A stretch of DNA of 64,000 bases from Octopus vulgaris (GCA_951406725.2 OX597843.1:2976001-3040000), one strand, 5' to 3'. Counted from the stretch's first letter, positions 18,497-32,836 are shown. Numbers and translations: made by a program. Notes: generated from the letters alone by a model not told the origin.

Positions 18497-18980
18497 GGAG
18501 ACGCAATGGCCCAGTGGTTAGGGGAGCGGACTCGCGTTTGTAGGATCGCAGATTCGATTCCCAGACCGGGCGTTGTGAGCGTTAATAAGGCGAAAACTCC
18601 TAAAGCTCCACGCGGCTCCGGCAGGGGGTTGGTGGCGATCCCAGCTGTACTCAAAAGTGGAGGCGCAATGGCCCAAATGTTAGGACAGTGGACTCGCAGT
18701 CGGAGGACCGCAGTTTCGATTCCCAGACCGGGCGTTGTGAGTGTTTATTGAGCGAAAACACCTAAAACTCCACGACACTCCGGCAGGGGTTAGTGGTGAT
18801 CCCTGCTGTACTCATTCTCTCACTCTTTGTACAACTTTCTCCCACTCTTTCTTCTGTTGGCCTGTTCGCTTAGCCAGCGGGGTGGCGTCATTTGAAGGCT
18901 AAAACAATGCGGAGCGCATTGTGACCAGCGATGTGTAACAACATCTGATAGCATTGTCGGTCACGGTGATCACGGTGATA
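18497..18980 (+). mobile_element. tRNA-derived SINE family C: truncated copy (18497-18652) followed by full copy with tail type 1 (18659-18980)
   Basis: GGAGGCGCAATGGCCCAGTGG (A box) and GTTTCGATTCCC (B box); tail ends in TCACGGTGA repeats. Confidence 0.85.
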
Positions 18981-19370
18981 TAGCTATTGAGCCAGTCGAC
19001 CAGTTACACATCTATTTATCTATCTCTTTATCTCTTCAATTTTTTTCCTTCATATATGTGTGTATATATGTATGCATGTATGCGTGTGTGTGTGTGTGTT
19101 CATATATGTGCATGTGTGTCTGTATGCGTGTGTATGCATGTACGCATATCTATCGTTCTTCTCCACTCCTTCCTTCTCTCCCCTCTCACTTTCTCTGGTT
19201 ATACACACACGGGTATGTACGTAGGTACGTATGGGTGGATGTATATATGCACGCATCTGTCTCCGCATCAGTTATGCAAATATCAATTTGTCTTTCTCTC
19301 TATCCATCTCTCTATATATAATATTATCCTCTCTCTCTTTCTCTCTCTTTGTACACACACACACACACAC

Positions 19371-19412
<42 letters not shown>

Positions 19413-19481
19413 TCAATCTACCTGTCTATGTATCTACCTAGCTAATTCTTTCTCTAATTAACTAGAAACGACTCACTCTTC

Positions 19482-19561
<80 letters not shown>

Positions 19562-19562
19562 C

Positions 19563-19605
<43 letters not shown>

Positions 19606-19616
19606 ATATGTATATG

Positions 19617-19649
<33 letters not shown>

Positions 19650-20460
19650 ATATATATATATGTATATGCACACATAATATATATACATATATACGTATAA
19701 ATTTACATGCAGGCAGAACACATACACACACACGTGCACACACATTTATATATATATATATACAAATGTGTGTATTATGCATTATATATGTGTGTGCACG
19801 ATTGTGTGTGTACGTGTCTGTATTTATGGGCGTGCATGAATGTGTGTGTGTGTATCCTCCACACACACACACACGCGCGCGCGCGCGCGCATACACACAC
19901 TTCTCTCCGCTCTTTCTATTCCACGCGGTCCCCTCCTGGCCATCACTAACGATCGAAAGACACTCCGAAGGCTAATCTCATTATATTTTTTCTAAATTCT
20001 CTCAAAACCCGAAACCCCACCACCCCCCGCTTCCAACCAACACCCCCCCCCCCCACACACACACACACACCCATCACCCCCACCACCACAAACCTCACCT
20101 TTCCCCCACCCCCACCATGCTCCCCCCCACCAACTATCTCTCCTTCTCCGCCTTCTCCTCACCGCATTCCTTCCACCCCCCTCCTCTTCCACATCTCCTT
20201 GCCTTCACGTCACCTTCGGCATTCACAAAACGACAAAGCCACCATTTTCCAACATCCTCCGTTATACACTCCATATTCACACACACACCGCACATACACA
20301 TACACACACACACACACACTATCACAAATTCTCTCACAAATTCTCTCTCTCTTTCTTTCTCTCTTTCTCTCTCTCCCTCTCTCTCGCAAGCTATTTGTAT
20401 ACAAATACGGAAATATACACATACACATATATACACGTCACTATTTCCGCTATAAATATG

Positions 20461-20616
<156 letters not shown>

Positions 20617-20667
20617 TGTATATATATACATAGCGAGATATATATATGTGTGTATATATAATACATA

Positions 20668-20720
<53 letters not shown>

Positions 20721-21007
20721 CATGTATACATATATATATACGTATGTCACTCAATGGCAGTTCCTCCCTTGAGAGAACCTGGTGATCTTGACCATTGATT
20801 CTCCAAGATTCCTGAAGTCACCATCACTGTAGGAAACAGCATTGGCTCATTTGAGCTCTTGTATTACCTCTTTACAATCTGCCTCGTACCAATCCCATGA
20901 ACTTCGCGGTATCCCTAGCAGGGTGGCTGAGTGGGTGCCATACGCTGCCAAAGGGTAACCTGTGGCTCTGCAAGGCACGTTCGTCACTCCGTGAAGTATT
21001 TTCTGAA

Positions 21008-22717
21008 TACCTATTTCTTTACTACCCACAAGGGGCTAAACATAGAGGGGACAAACAAGGACAGACGAACGGATTAAGTCGATTACATCGACCCCAGTGC
21101 ATAACTGGTACTTTATTTATCGACCCTGAAAGGATGAAGGGAAAAGTTGACCTCGGCAGAATTTGAACTCAGAACGTAACGGCAGACGAAATACCTATTT
21201 CTATTTCTTTACTACCCACAAGGGGTTAAACACACAGAGGACAAACAAGGACAGACATAGGTATTAAGTCGATTATATCGACCCCAGTGCGTGACTGGTA
21301 CTTTATTTATCGACCCTGAAAGGATGAAAGGAAAAGTTGACCTCGGCAGAATTTGAACTCAGAACGTAACGGCAGACGAAATACCTATTTCTTTACTACC
21401 CACAAGGGGTTAAACACACAGAGGACAAACAAGGACAGACATAGGTATTAAGTCGATTATATCGACCCCAGTGCGTGACTGGTACTTTATTTATCAACCC
21501 CGAAAGGATGAAAGGAAAAGTTGACCTCGGCAGAATTTGAACTCAGAACGTAGCGGCAGACAAAATACCTATTTCTTTACTACCCACAAGGGGTTAAACA
21601 CACAGAGGACAAACAAGGACAGACATAGGTATTAAGTCGATTATATCGACCCCAGTGCGTAACTAGTACTTTATTTATCGACCCTGAAAGGATGAAAGGA
21701 AAAGTTGACCTCGGCAGAATTTGAACTCAGAACGTAACGGCAGACGAAATACCTATTTCTTTACTACCCACAAGGGGTTAAACACACAGAGGACAAACAA
21801 GGACAGACATAGGTATTAAGTCGATTATATCGACCCCAGTGCGTAACTAGTACTTTATTTATCGACCCTGAAAGGATGAAAGGAAAAGTTGACCTCGGTG
21901 GAATTTGAACTCAGAACGTAACGGCAGACGAAATACCTATTTCTTTACTACCCACAAGGGGTTAAACACACAGAGGACAAACAAGGACAGACATAGGTAT
22001 TAAGTCGATTATATCGACCCCAGTGCGTAACTAGTACTTTATTTATCGACCCTGAAAGGATGAAAGGAAAAGTTGACCTCGGCAGAATTTGAACTCAGAA
22101 CGTAACGGCAGACGAAATACCTATTTCTTTACTACCCACAAGGGGTTAAACACACAGAGGACAAACAAGGACAGACATAGGTATTAAGTCGATTATATCG
22201 ACCCCAGTGCGTAACTAGTACTTTATTTATCGACCCTGAAAGGATGAAAGGAAAAGTTGACCTCGGTGGAATTTGAACTCAGAACGTAGCGGCAGACGAA
22301 ATACCTATTTCTTTACTACCCACAAGGGGATACACACAGAGAGGACAAACAAGGACAGACAAACGGATTAAGTCGATTATATCGACCCCAGTGCGGAACT
22401 GGTACTTATTTAATCGACCCCGAAAGGATGAAAGGTAAAGTCGACCTCGGCGGAATTTGAACTCAGAACGTAGCGGCAGACGAAATACCTATTTCTTTAC
22501 TACCCACAAGGGGCTAAACATATAGGGGACAAACAAGGACAGACGAACGGATTAAGTCGTTTATATCGACCCCAGTGCGTAACTGGTACTTTATTTATCG
22601 ACCCCGAAAGGATGAAAGGAAAAGTCGACCTCGGCGGAATTTGAACTCAGAACGTAACGGCAGAAATACCGCTAAGCATTTCGCCCGGCGCGCTAACGTT
22701 TCTGTCAGCTCGCCGCC
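21008..22717 (-). mobile_element. SINE family B concatemer: one full tRNA-like head plus nine ~184-bp units, flanked by a TTTTCTGAA target-site duplication
   Basis: Unit starts at about 21006, 21190, 21380, 21564, 21748, 21932, 22116, 22300 and 22484. B box GAGTTCAAATTC in every unit. TSD at 20999-21007 and 22718-22726. Confidence 0.9.
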
Positions 22718-23181
22718 TTTTCTGAAAACCTGCATAACCAGCCCCGAGACGAGGGTAATATGGTAAGAATGTCCCAGAAAAGAATCCCATGGTAGGCTTT
22801 ATAGACAAAGTCGAGCAGCAGGCGACCCTGGGGTCAAACTGCAAACAGGGTGGTTGTGCAACATCTATGAGATCGGTAGGTCTCCCTTTAGGGTCCAAGT
22901 AGATCCATCAGAGACGATTACTTCTGAAAGGACCCAATGGAAGGCGTACTTGAGGACTCTGCAACCAACCCATCACGACTTTCCCGGGAATAAACGGGTG
23001 AAGAAACGGGTGAAGAAGATGAGATAGGACGAGATAAACACATGTGTGTATGTATGTGTGTGTATTACGATGTTTATTTATGTATGTGTGCGTGTATGTG
23101 TCCATGAGTGTATGTTTTAATGTGTCTGCATGTGTGTGTATGTGTGTGCGTCTATGTGTCTATGTGAGTGTATATGTGTGA

Positions 23182-23369
23182 TAGATCGTTAGCTACTACA
23201 CATATTTTTTCTCTCTTTGTTTCTCTCCTTGTTTTTTCTGTGTCACTTTCTGTGTAAGAGCGTAGGCTCGAAACGTAAAAAACTTTTTTCTATTCCTGAG
23301 CGTTATACTAATACATCTGTTTGTTTTCTACACCACCTGTCTTCGTCTTTTGTTTTTTCCGTAAACTCT

Positions 23370-23428
<59 letters not shown>

Positions 23429-23585
23429 CTTTTTCTCTCCTTGTTTTTTTTTTTTCTGTGTTCCTTTCTGTAGAAGAGCGTAGGCTCGAAACGTAAAAGA
23501 CTTTTTCTCTTCCTGAGCGTTATACTAATACATCTGTTTGTTTTGTACACCACCTGCCTTCGTCTTTTGTTTTTTTCGTAAACTC

Positions 23586-23670
<85 letters not shown>

Positions 23671-23690
23671 CTGATGTATATATATGTATG

Positions 23691-23754
<64 letters not shown>

Positions 23755-23894
23755 TTTTTTCTGTGCCCCTTTCTGTAGAAGAGCGTAGGCTCGAAACGTA
23801 AAAGACTTTTTCTATTCCTGAGCGTTATACTAATACATCTGTTTGTTTTCTACACCACCTGTTTTCGTCTTTTGTTTTTTTCCTAAACTCTCCT
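23182..23894 (+). mobile_element. Family E short element x3 separated by (TA)n, each with a hammerhead-like motif
   Basis: Repeated CTTTCTGTAGAAGAGCGTAGGCTCGAAACGTAAAAG...TTCCTGAGCGTTATACTAATACATCTGTTTG (the first copy is degenerate in the core). Confidence 0.8.
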
Positions 23895-24784
23895 ATATGT
23901 ATGTGTGTATATTTGTATGTGTGTAAATATGTGAGCGTGTGCATGTGTGCATGCATGTGTGTTTGCATGTATGTGTATATATGTGTGTTTGTATGTGTAT
24001 GTATATGTGTACGTGTGTATGTGTATGTATGAGCGTACGTATGTGTGTGTGTTTGTATGTGTATGTGTGAATGTGTGTGCGTGTGTGTGCGTGTATGTGA
24101 GTGCATGAGTTTTTATGTGTGTGTATGTGCGTATGTGTGTATGTATCTGTATGTGTGTGTTCGTGTGTGTATGTGTATGTATTGTGTGTATGTGTATGCA
24201 TGTGTGTGTTTGTGCATGTCTATATATGCATGTGTTTGTATATATATATATATATATGTGTGTGTGTATGTGTGTGTGTATGTGTCTGTTTACATACGTG
24301 TGTATGTGTATGTGTGAGTCTGTTTACATGTGTGTACGTACATGTGTTTCTGTGTACGTGTATGTATGTGTATGTGTTTGTGCCAATGACCACATTGTTT
24401 GCTACAAAACACAGCAACCACAGTTTACACTATAATTAACAACGGTCTTTTTATATAATCAAGTTGTTTGTTAATTACTGTCATTAGCAATAAACTGATT
24501 TTCTCTTCATATCGCTCGCCATCCCTGCCACCCTGCATTTGGCACGTCCAGGCCCCACCTTTCACCGACGCCCTTTTCACAAGCCCCCATTACTTCGCAT
24601 TATTTCAGTCAATGGTTGATCATATGCAGTGATTTATCGTCGACAAATTTCTTGTGTTATCCTATCGAATATTAACCTCCATTTGCGTTTTTTTCATTTG
24701 AATCGTCCATTGCAAACACCGAACCGCCCTTTCAAAATTTTATAGAAATTTAGGCGCAGTCGTCGCTGCGTGACCAAAGTTTTG

Positions 24785-24868
24785 CACTGGGGTCGATATA
24801 ATGGACTTAATCCGTTTGTCTGTCCTTGTTTGTCCCTTTATTGTTGAGCCCCTTGTGGGTGATAAAAA
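24785..24868 (+). mobile_element. SINE family B 3' fragment
   Basis: GCACTGGGGTCGATATAAT.GACTTAATCCGTTTGTCTGTCCTTGTTTGTCCC...GCCCCTTGTGGGT. Confidence 0.8.
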
Positions 24869-24888
24869 AGCACACACACACATATATA

Positions 24889-24924
<36 letters not shown>

Positions 24925-25182
24925 TGTATGTATGATATTTATATAAATATATATATAAATATATATATATATATGTATTTATGTACGTATGTGTGTATAT
25001 ATATAATATTTATATACACATATATATATATACACATATACATACATGCATACATGTTAGTGTATGAGTAGCCATGTTTACGTGTTTACTATGAACTTTT
25101 AATCTTAATTTATATAAGTAGCGGAATTATAGCACAGTAATTTCCCTTTATATAACGGTATTTTTTCATAGCGTTTTTCAGA

Positions 25183-25256
25183 TGGCCAGATAACCGAAGA
25201 GATGGTGGTGTGGGTTTCCACCTTGGCATCCGAAACTCAGAGTTTTATCATGGCTA
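25183..25256 (+). ncRNA. Type-I hammerhead ribozyme motif, U4C core variant
   Basis: Stem I TGGCCAGATAA/TTATC(A)TGGCTA; core CCGAAGA 25194-25200; stem II GATG/CATC with one extra C; GAAA 25232-25235; stem III CTC-A-GAG; predicted GUU site. Confidence 0.55.
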
Positions 25257-25637
25257 CCAAATAATTGTCACATATTATTCTACAGATAAATTTCCTCTAT
25301 TTACATAATATTGAGGTCTCTTTCTTTCTTTTGTTATCTTCTTACCGTTTTACCAATATAATTTCAACAATTGAGGGTAAAATTAATTAATTAATTATTA
25401 ATCAATTTCACCAAGTGTTCAGTATGTAAAGGGACCATTTAAGGCGAATTCAAATTATTACATTATATAAAAGGGGTTAGTAAAATAAATTACTTTGCCA
25501 CATACTGAACTCATTAGAAATAGTAGCTAAAAAACTTTTTTTAAACTATTTCTAATACTTAAAGAAAATCTCTCTCATATAGTGCTTGCTCAATTCAACT
25601 CACGAAAGTATGGGGGTAAAGACATTAAAAAATCAAA

Positions 25638-25674
<37 letters not shown>

Positions 25675-25834
25675 AATACATATATATATACATATATATG
25701 TATCTGTATATGAGCTGAACCACAGATTAGATAAGCCTAATTAAGGGATGTATTTATCCAATGAATTACTGTTTTTCTGGAATGTTCCGTATACTTAACA
25801 CCTAATAACAATGATGTTTCATTTCTTTTTACCC

Positions 25835-25914
25835 GCCTCTGATGAGATTGTGCTTTATAGGACTTAATTATTACAATTATAATCTTAAAGTAAAAATCGA
25901 AACAGCTGTAAGAT
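25835..25914 (+). ncRNA. Type-I hammerhead ribozyme motif, canonical core with weak stem I
   Basis: CTGATGA 25839-25845; long stem II GATTGTGCTTTA/TAAAGTAAAAATC; GAAAC-AGCT-GTA 25899-25910; stem I GCCT/AGAT with one mismatch. Confidence 0.65.
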
Positions 25915-25995
25915 ATTATGTTTATTTTTCGAGTTAATAAATATACTTATTAATTAATTTATCTCCATTTTCTTATTTTTCTTATATATGTATAT

Positions 25996-26029
<34 letters not shown>

Positions 26030-26030
26030 G

Positions 26031-26088
<58 letters not shown>

Positions 26089-26639
26089 TATGTGTGTGTA
26101 TATATTTGTGTATATATGTTTATATATATGTCTGTATATATATGTGTATATATATATGCACGCATATGTATGTACACATATATACTTATGTATATGTGCA
26201 TATATATATGTGTGTGTGTGTGTGTATGTGTGTGTGTCTGTAAGTATATATATATGTATATATATATGTATGCATTTAAGTATTTATGTTTAGGTTTATG
26301 AATATATATATGTATATATACGATGTGTGATTTACGGACAGACAGATAGATGGATAAATACATACATACATACATACATACATACATACACAGAGGGACA
26401 AGGATATTTCTAACAGTCGGTTAATGTTATCTGGAAAAAAGCATTATTTTAATGTAGTTACAACACACATATTGCAGAAGAGGTGTGTGTGTGTGTGTGT
26501 ATGTGTGTGCACGCGTGCATGTATGCATGTATGTATATTGTGAGAAAGGGAGATGGAGAGAGAGATATACAAGTACATGTATGTATATAACTACTTCATA
26601 ATTTTATATTTGTGTGTAGCTATTTTGTATATAAATATA

Positions 26640-27521
26640 CACACACACATATATGTGTGTGTATGTGTGTCTGTGTCTGTGTGTATACGTATACAGACAC
26701 ATACGTGTGTGTGTGTGTGTGTATGTGTCTATGTATGCCTGCCTGTATATTTGTCTATGCCTGTATGTATATATTCATAAATACATATATGTGTGTATAC
26801 ATTATGGATATGTGTATATGTAGGTATATATATATATATATGTGTGTGTGTGTCTGTGTTTGTGTGTATACCTATACAGACACACACGTGTGTATGTATG
26901 TGTCTATGTATACCTGCATGTATGTATATATTCATAAATACATATATGTGTATATACACGTATGGATATATGTATATGTAGGTGTATATACATATGTGTG
27001 TGTGTATGAGTGTATACGTATACAGACACACACGTGTGTGTGTGTGTGTATGTGTCTACGTATGCCTGTATGTATATATTAATAAATACATATATGTGTA
27101 TATACATGTATGGATATATGTATATGTAGGTATATATATATATGTGTGTGTATGTGTGTCTGTGTCTGTGTATACGTATACAGAAACACACGTGTGTGTG
27201 TGTGTGTGTCTATGCATGCCTGTATGTATATATTCATAAATACATATATGTGTATATACACGTATGGATATGTGTATATGTAGGTATATATACGTGTGTG
27301 TGTGTGTCTGTGTGTATACGTATACAGACACACACGTGTGTGTGTGTATGTGTGTATGTATGCCTGCCTGTATATTTGTCTATACCTGTATGTATATATT
27401 CATAAATACATATATGTGTATATAAACGTATGGATATATGTACATGTAGGTATATATATATGTGTGTGTATGTGTGCCTGTGTTTGTGTTTGTGTGTATA
27501 CCTATACAGACACACACGTGT

Positions 27522-27558
<37 letters not shown>

Positions 27559-27660
27559 TACGTATGCCTGTTTGTATATATTCATAAATACATATATGTG
27601 TATATACACGTATAGATATGTATATGTAGGTATATATGTGTGTGTCTGTGTATCTGTGTG
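26640..27660. repeat. Minisatellite of about six units (150-180 bp) built from microsatellite motifs
   Basis: Anchor TTCATAAATACATATATGTG at about 26775, 26931, 27079 (variant), 27234, 27399 and 27581. Confidence 0.85.
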
Positions 27661-28200
27661 TTCGTGTCTGTGTGTGTCTGTGTGTTTGTGTGTCTGTGTC
27701 TGTGTGTCTGTGTGTGTGTATGTGCCTCTGTGTGTGTGTCTCTGTGTGTGTGTCTGTGTGTGTGTGTGTGTGTGTGTGTTCGTATACATGTGTAAGTCTC
27801 CGTTCTACGTGTGTCCCCTAAAGAAACCACTTTAAAGACAGCCGTATGAAAAGCGGAATGATTCTGTCCAGAAGCGGTTCTGTTTTACCATTTGTCTTTG
27901 ATAGAGTTCACAAGACTCCCGAGAGATATTCCATGCTGTGATCTGAAGAACGTTCCTACGTTCTTCGATGCGTTCGTGTTCCTGTAAGTCTGGCTACGTG
28001 CGTTTGCGTAGGAATGCTTACACACACACACACATGGAAGTGTCTATGTGTGTATGTATGTATGTATGTATGTATATATGTATGTGTGTATGTATGAATG
28101 TGTGTATGTATGTGTGTATGTATGTGTGTATGTATGAATGTATGTATGTATGTATATATGTATGTATGTATGTTTGTATGTATGTGTGTATGTATGTATG

Positions 28201-28233
<33 letters not shown>

Positions 28234-28240
28234 GTGTATG

Positions 28241-28271
<31 letters not shown>

Positions 28272-28383
28272 TTATGTACATGTATATGTGTGTGTGGTGT
28301 ATGTCTCTGTTTGTCTATATGAATATATAGATATAAGCACATGCATATAGACATATAGATACATAATTATATATATATATGTA

Positions 28384-28419
<36 letters not shown>

Positions 28420-28628
28420 TGTATGTATGTATGTATGTATGTACGCATGTATACATGCATGCATGTATGTATGTATGTATGTATGTGTGTATGTATGTAT
28501 GTATGTATGTATGTATGTATGTATGTATGTATATACATGTGTATATAATATATATGTATTTATACATGTGGATTACTTTTTCTTGCACGTCTGGCTAAGT
28601 ACTAGTTTTGAGTCCATAGGTATACACA

Positions 28629-28692
<64 letters not shown>

Positions 28693-29014
28693 CGTAAATA
28701 CGTCCATATATACATCCATATACATATAGGCCTAAATTTAGTTCTGGATGATGTTATTTATAAGAGCTTATGCATATAAATATGTACGTAAATGTGTATA
28801 TATATATATATATGTATGTATATATATGTGTGTGTATGTGTATATATATATATATATTAGTATGTGTATATATATGTGTGTGTATGTGTATATATGTATG
28901 ATTATATGTATATATATATACATATATAAATCATAGATATGTCAATATACAAAGATATATATATATATATATATTATGTATATAGATTATTTACGTATAC
29001 ATATGTATGTATAC

Positions 29015-29073
<59 letters not shown>

Positions 29074-29614
29074 TATATGTATGTATGCATGTATGTATAC
29101 GTGTCACCAGTTCCTTCCCCTTTATAGTTTAAAACATGAAGGAAGATGATAAAGCTTTAACGAAGATATGTAAGATAAAAAGGTATTAAACGCGCGTGCG
29201 CACGCACACACACATGTAAATAAGTATGTATGTGGACATGCGCATCTGTGTCTGTTTTGTGCGTGTACATGCGTGTGGAATAAATCCTGATAACACATAT
29301 ATTTATATATGTATATATATGTATATTGCCTGTAAACAATATAAAGAACTCTTCGTTGATTGAAGGAAAGAAAAAACATTAAAAGTTAACCGCTGCAAAC
29401 GATACACAACAGAGAACAACTACAACAACAACATGGACAACAAACAGAACTACAACTACATAAACAATAACAACTGCAATATCAATATTGAGTGTAATAA
29501 CTCTAATATTACTACTAATAATTTGCTGTGATCTGGATGAAATAAGTAAAGGAAGATTAATAAACTGAAATTGTTTATAAATATATGTAGATAGGTGTAA
29601 GGGAGTATGTTTAT

Positions 29615-30223
<609 letters not shown>

Positions 30224-30249
30224 CAACTCGACCTCTTCCTGTCTAAAGT

Positions 30250-30690
30250 CTGTGACCTTAGACAGGAGCTCAAGTTGTTTCTTGAAAACATCTACCCCAC
30301 CTCGATGTCTCTCAGATTCGTTTACAGGACATTAAACAACCGTGGGCACTTAAATCCCAAGCTATTTCAGTACAAGGTCCTCGCTCTAGATAGAACAGCT
30401 GGGACCTTTGGAACAGCGCACTGATGTCCGGTTCGGGAGCTGGTATAACACTCGATACTAAAGTTTGGTGCCAACCCCTCCAGGATGTTCCCAACGTATA
30501 TCACAGCACATCTCTTCCGTCGAAGGAGTAGTCGTAGCTCTTTCAATCTAGCTCCCAGTTGCTCAGCTGTTCCTTCGATGGATTCCTCCTGGGGGAGCAC
30601 AGCTGAACTACCTCGAGTACCACTATTAATTTGACACTGTTGAATGACCACAGTTGAGAGCAGTAGTCCAGGGGGCTGAGGATCAATGTC
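30250..30690 (-). pseudogene. CR1-type LINE ORF2 C-terminal fragment, decayed
   Basis: LDYCSQLWSFNSVKL..LE / RLKELRL..RR...AVIYV..ILEGLAPNF.IECYTSSRTG..C.VPKVP....[18 protein letters not shown], with stops and frameshifts. Confidence 0.75.
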
Positions 30691-30827
30691 TACCATAAAA
30701 CCAGAATAATTCCCTGGTCCTTTGTTCTGAAAACTCTCTGGTTATTGTAGGTTTCTACTACATAAACCACCTCGAAATAACTATCGCAACTACTACTATT
30801 ACGATCGCCGCAACTACAGCAGCAACG

Positions 30828-31385
30828 GTGTCGGGATTGACCTGCTTTCTCTTCTGCGGGTCTTACGAATAGCAAAGGACCACGTTTCGGACTTCTCCCA
30901 TCTTGCGAGCTCTGGGACGAAGACCGTTCGTTCAACAACAACAACAAATCAACAACAACAACAGCAACAGCAAGTGGAGGCTCAATGGCCCAGTGGTTAG
31001 GGCAGCGGACTCGCGGTCGGAGGATCACGGTTTCGATTCCCAGACTGGGCTTTGTGTGTGTTTATTGAGCGAAAACACCTAATGCTCCACGAGGCTCCGA
31101 CGGGGGAGGGGGCGACCCCTATTGTACACTTTCGCTCCAACTTTCTCTCACTCTTACTTCCTGTTCTTGTCCCCGACTTCCTACGCAACCGCTGAGCCCG
31201 GATGCACATTCATCCATCCGTCGATGCTCTCGGTGAGTCGGGGGTTGACCTGCTTTTGCTTTCTCTTCTGCGGGTTTCACGAATAGCAAAAGGACCACGT
31301 ATCGAACTTCTCCCACTACAGAGGCGCGATCTTGCGAGCTCTGGGACGAAGACCGCTTCTCTCAAAAGCAACAACAACAGCAATA
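30828..31385 (+). mobile_element. SINE family C with tail type 2 ending in (CAA)n (30976-31385), preceded by a tail-only copy (30828-30960)
   Basis: Same tRNA-like head as 18659. Tail GACCTGCTTT...GAATAGCAAAGGACCACGT...GCTCTGGGACGAAGACCG is duplicated. Confidence 0.8.
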
Positions 31386-31669
31386 GCAACTATACAGCTA
31401 CAATATTATCCACATAACAATCACAGTAACAGTAGAAACCAATAACATCTTCAAACTCGGAATTTCTGTACAACAACCACTTGTAAAGCCACACCACCTG
31501 TAGAGCTACGGCTACAGGAGACACTATACAACGATCACAACACTCACAACATCAACCATCAACCTAACAACAGCATCTTCACACTACAGAATATTTTCGC
31601 AACAACCGCGATAACAAGACGAGTAGCGTCACAACTTTTAATGCAACAACCATGCAACTACAGTTTAAA

Positions 31670-31901
31670 CTATATTACAACTACAACTACTACTACTACT
31701 AATACTACTACCAACACCAATACTATTACTACTATCACCACCACCAACGCCACCACTACTACTACTACAACCACCACCACCACTACTACTACTACTACCA
31801 CCACTACTATTACTACTACCACCACCAACACCACTACTACTACCACTACCACCACCATTACTACTACCACCACCACCACCATTACTACAACTACTACTAC
31901 C

Positions 31902-31954
<53 letters not shown>

Positions 31955-32008
31955 CACCACCAACACCACTACTACTACTACTACCACCACCAACACCACT
32001 ACTACTAC

Positions 32009-32042
<34 letters not shown>

Positions 32043-32215
32043 AACACTAATACTACTACTACTGCCGATGTTGCTGTTGATGTTGCTACTACTACTACTA
32101 CTACTATCACCATCACCACCACTATCACCACCACTACTACTACTACTACTACCATCACCAACACCACCACTATTACTACTACTACTACTACTGCAGTAGT
32201 AATAATAATAATAGA
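31670..32215. repeat. (ACT)n/(ACC)n compound microsatellite
   Basis: Directly visible. Confidence 0.95.
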
Positions 32216-32756
32216 GACAACCAAAACATGAGCGACTTCAAACACCAAAATTCCAAGACAAGAACGATCACTGAAACAACCCCCGACTACAACAACCACG
32301 AGACGACAGATTTTAACTACAACTACAACTACAGCACAAACTACACCAAAGCCACCACCACCACCACAACAACAACAACAACAATCACAGGAGCAGCAAC
32401 AAAAACCAGAAGAATATCATTAAAAGCAACGCAAAGCGAAGCAACGCGATGCAAAGGAATACAACACGGAGCCAAAAACAGCCGCGGGCGAGTCTTGTTA
32501 AGTATATAATGGTGTGTTTTACTGCACTTCCGGTAACTTCCGGAAGTACTTCGATCCACTTGTGTTATCTATAGGACTTCAGATAGAATATATGTATGGA
32601 TATATATACACACATATATACATATATACATATACATATATATGTGTGTATGTATATATATATATATGTGTGTATATATATACGTATGTATATATATATA
32701 TATATATATGTATATATGTAAATATAATTATGTATATATATGTGTATATATATATA

Positions 32757-32803
<47 letters not shown>

Positions 32804-32804
32804 G

Positions 32805-32836
<32 letters not shown>

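Noticed and set aside
21008-22717. CRISPR-like array
   Set aside because: The units are whole SINE bodies with no unique spacers; eukaryotic context with no cas genes.
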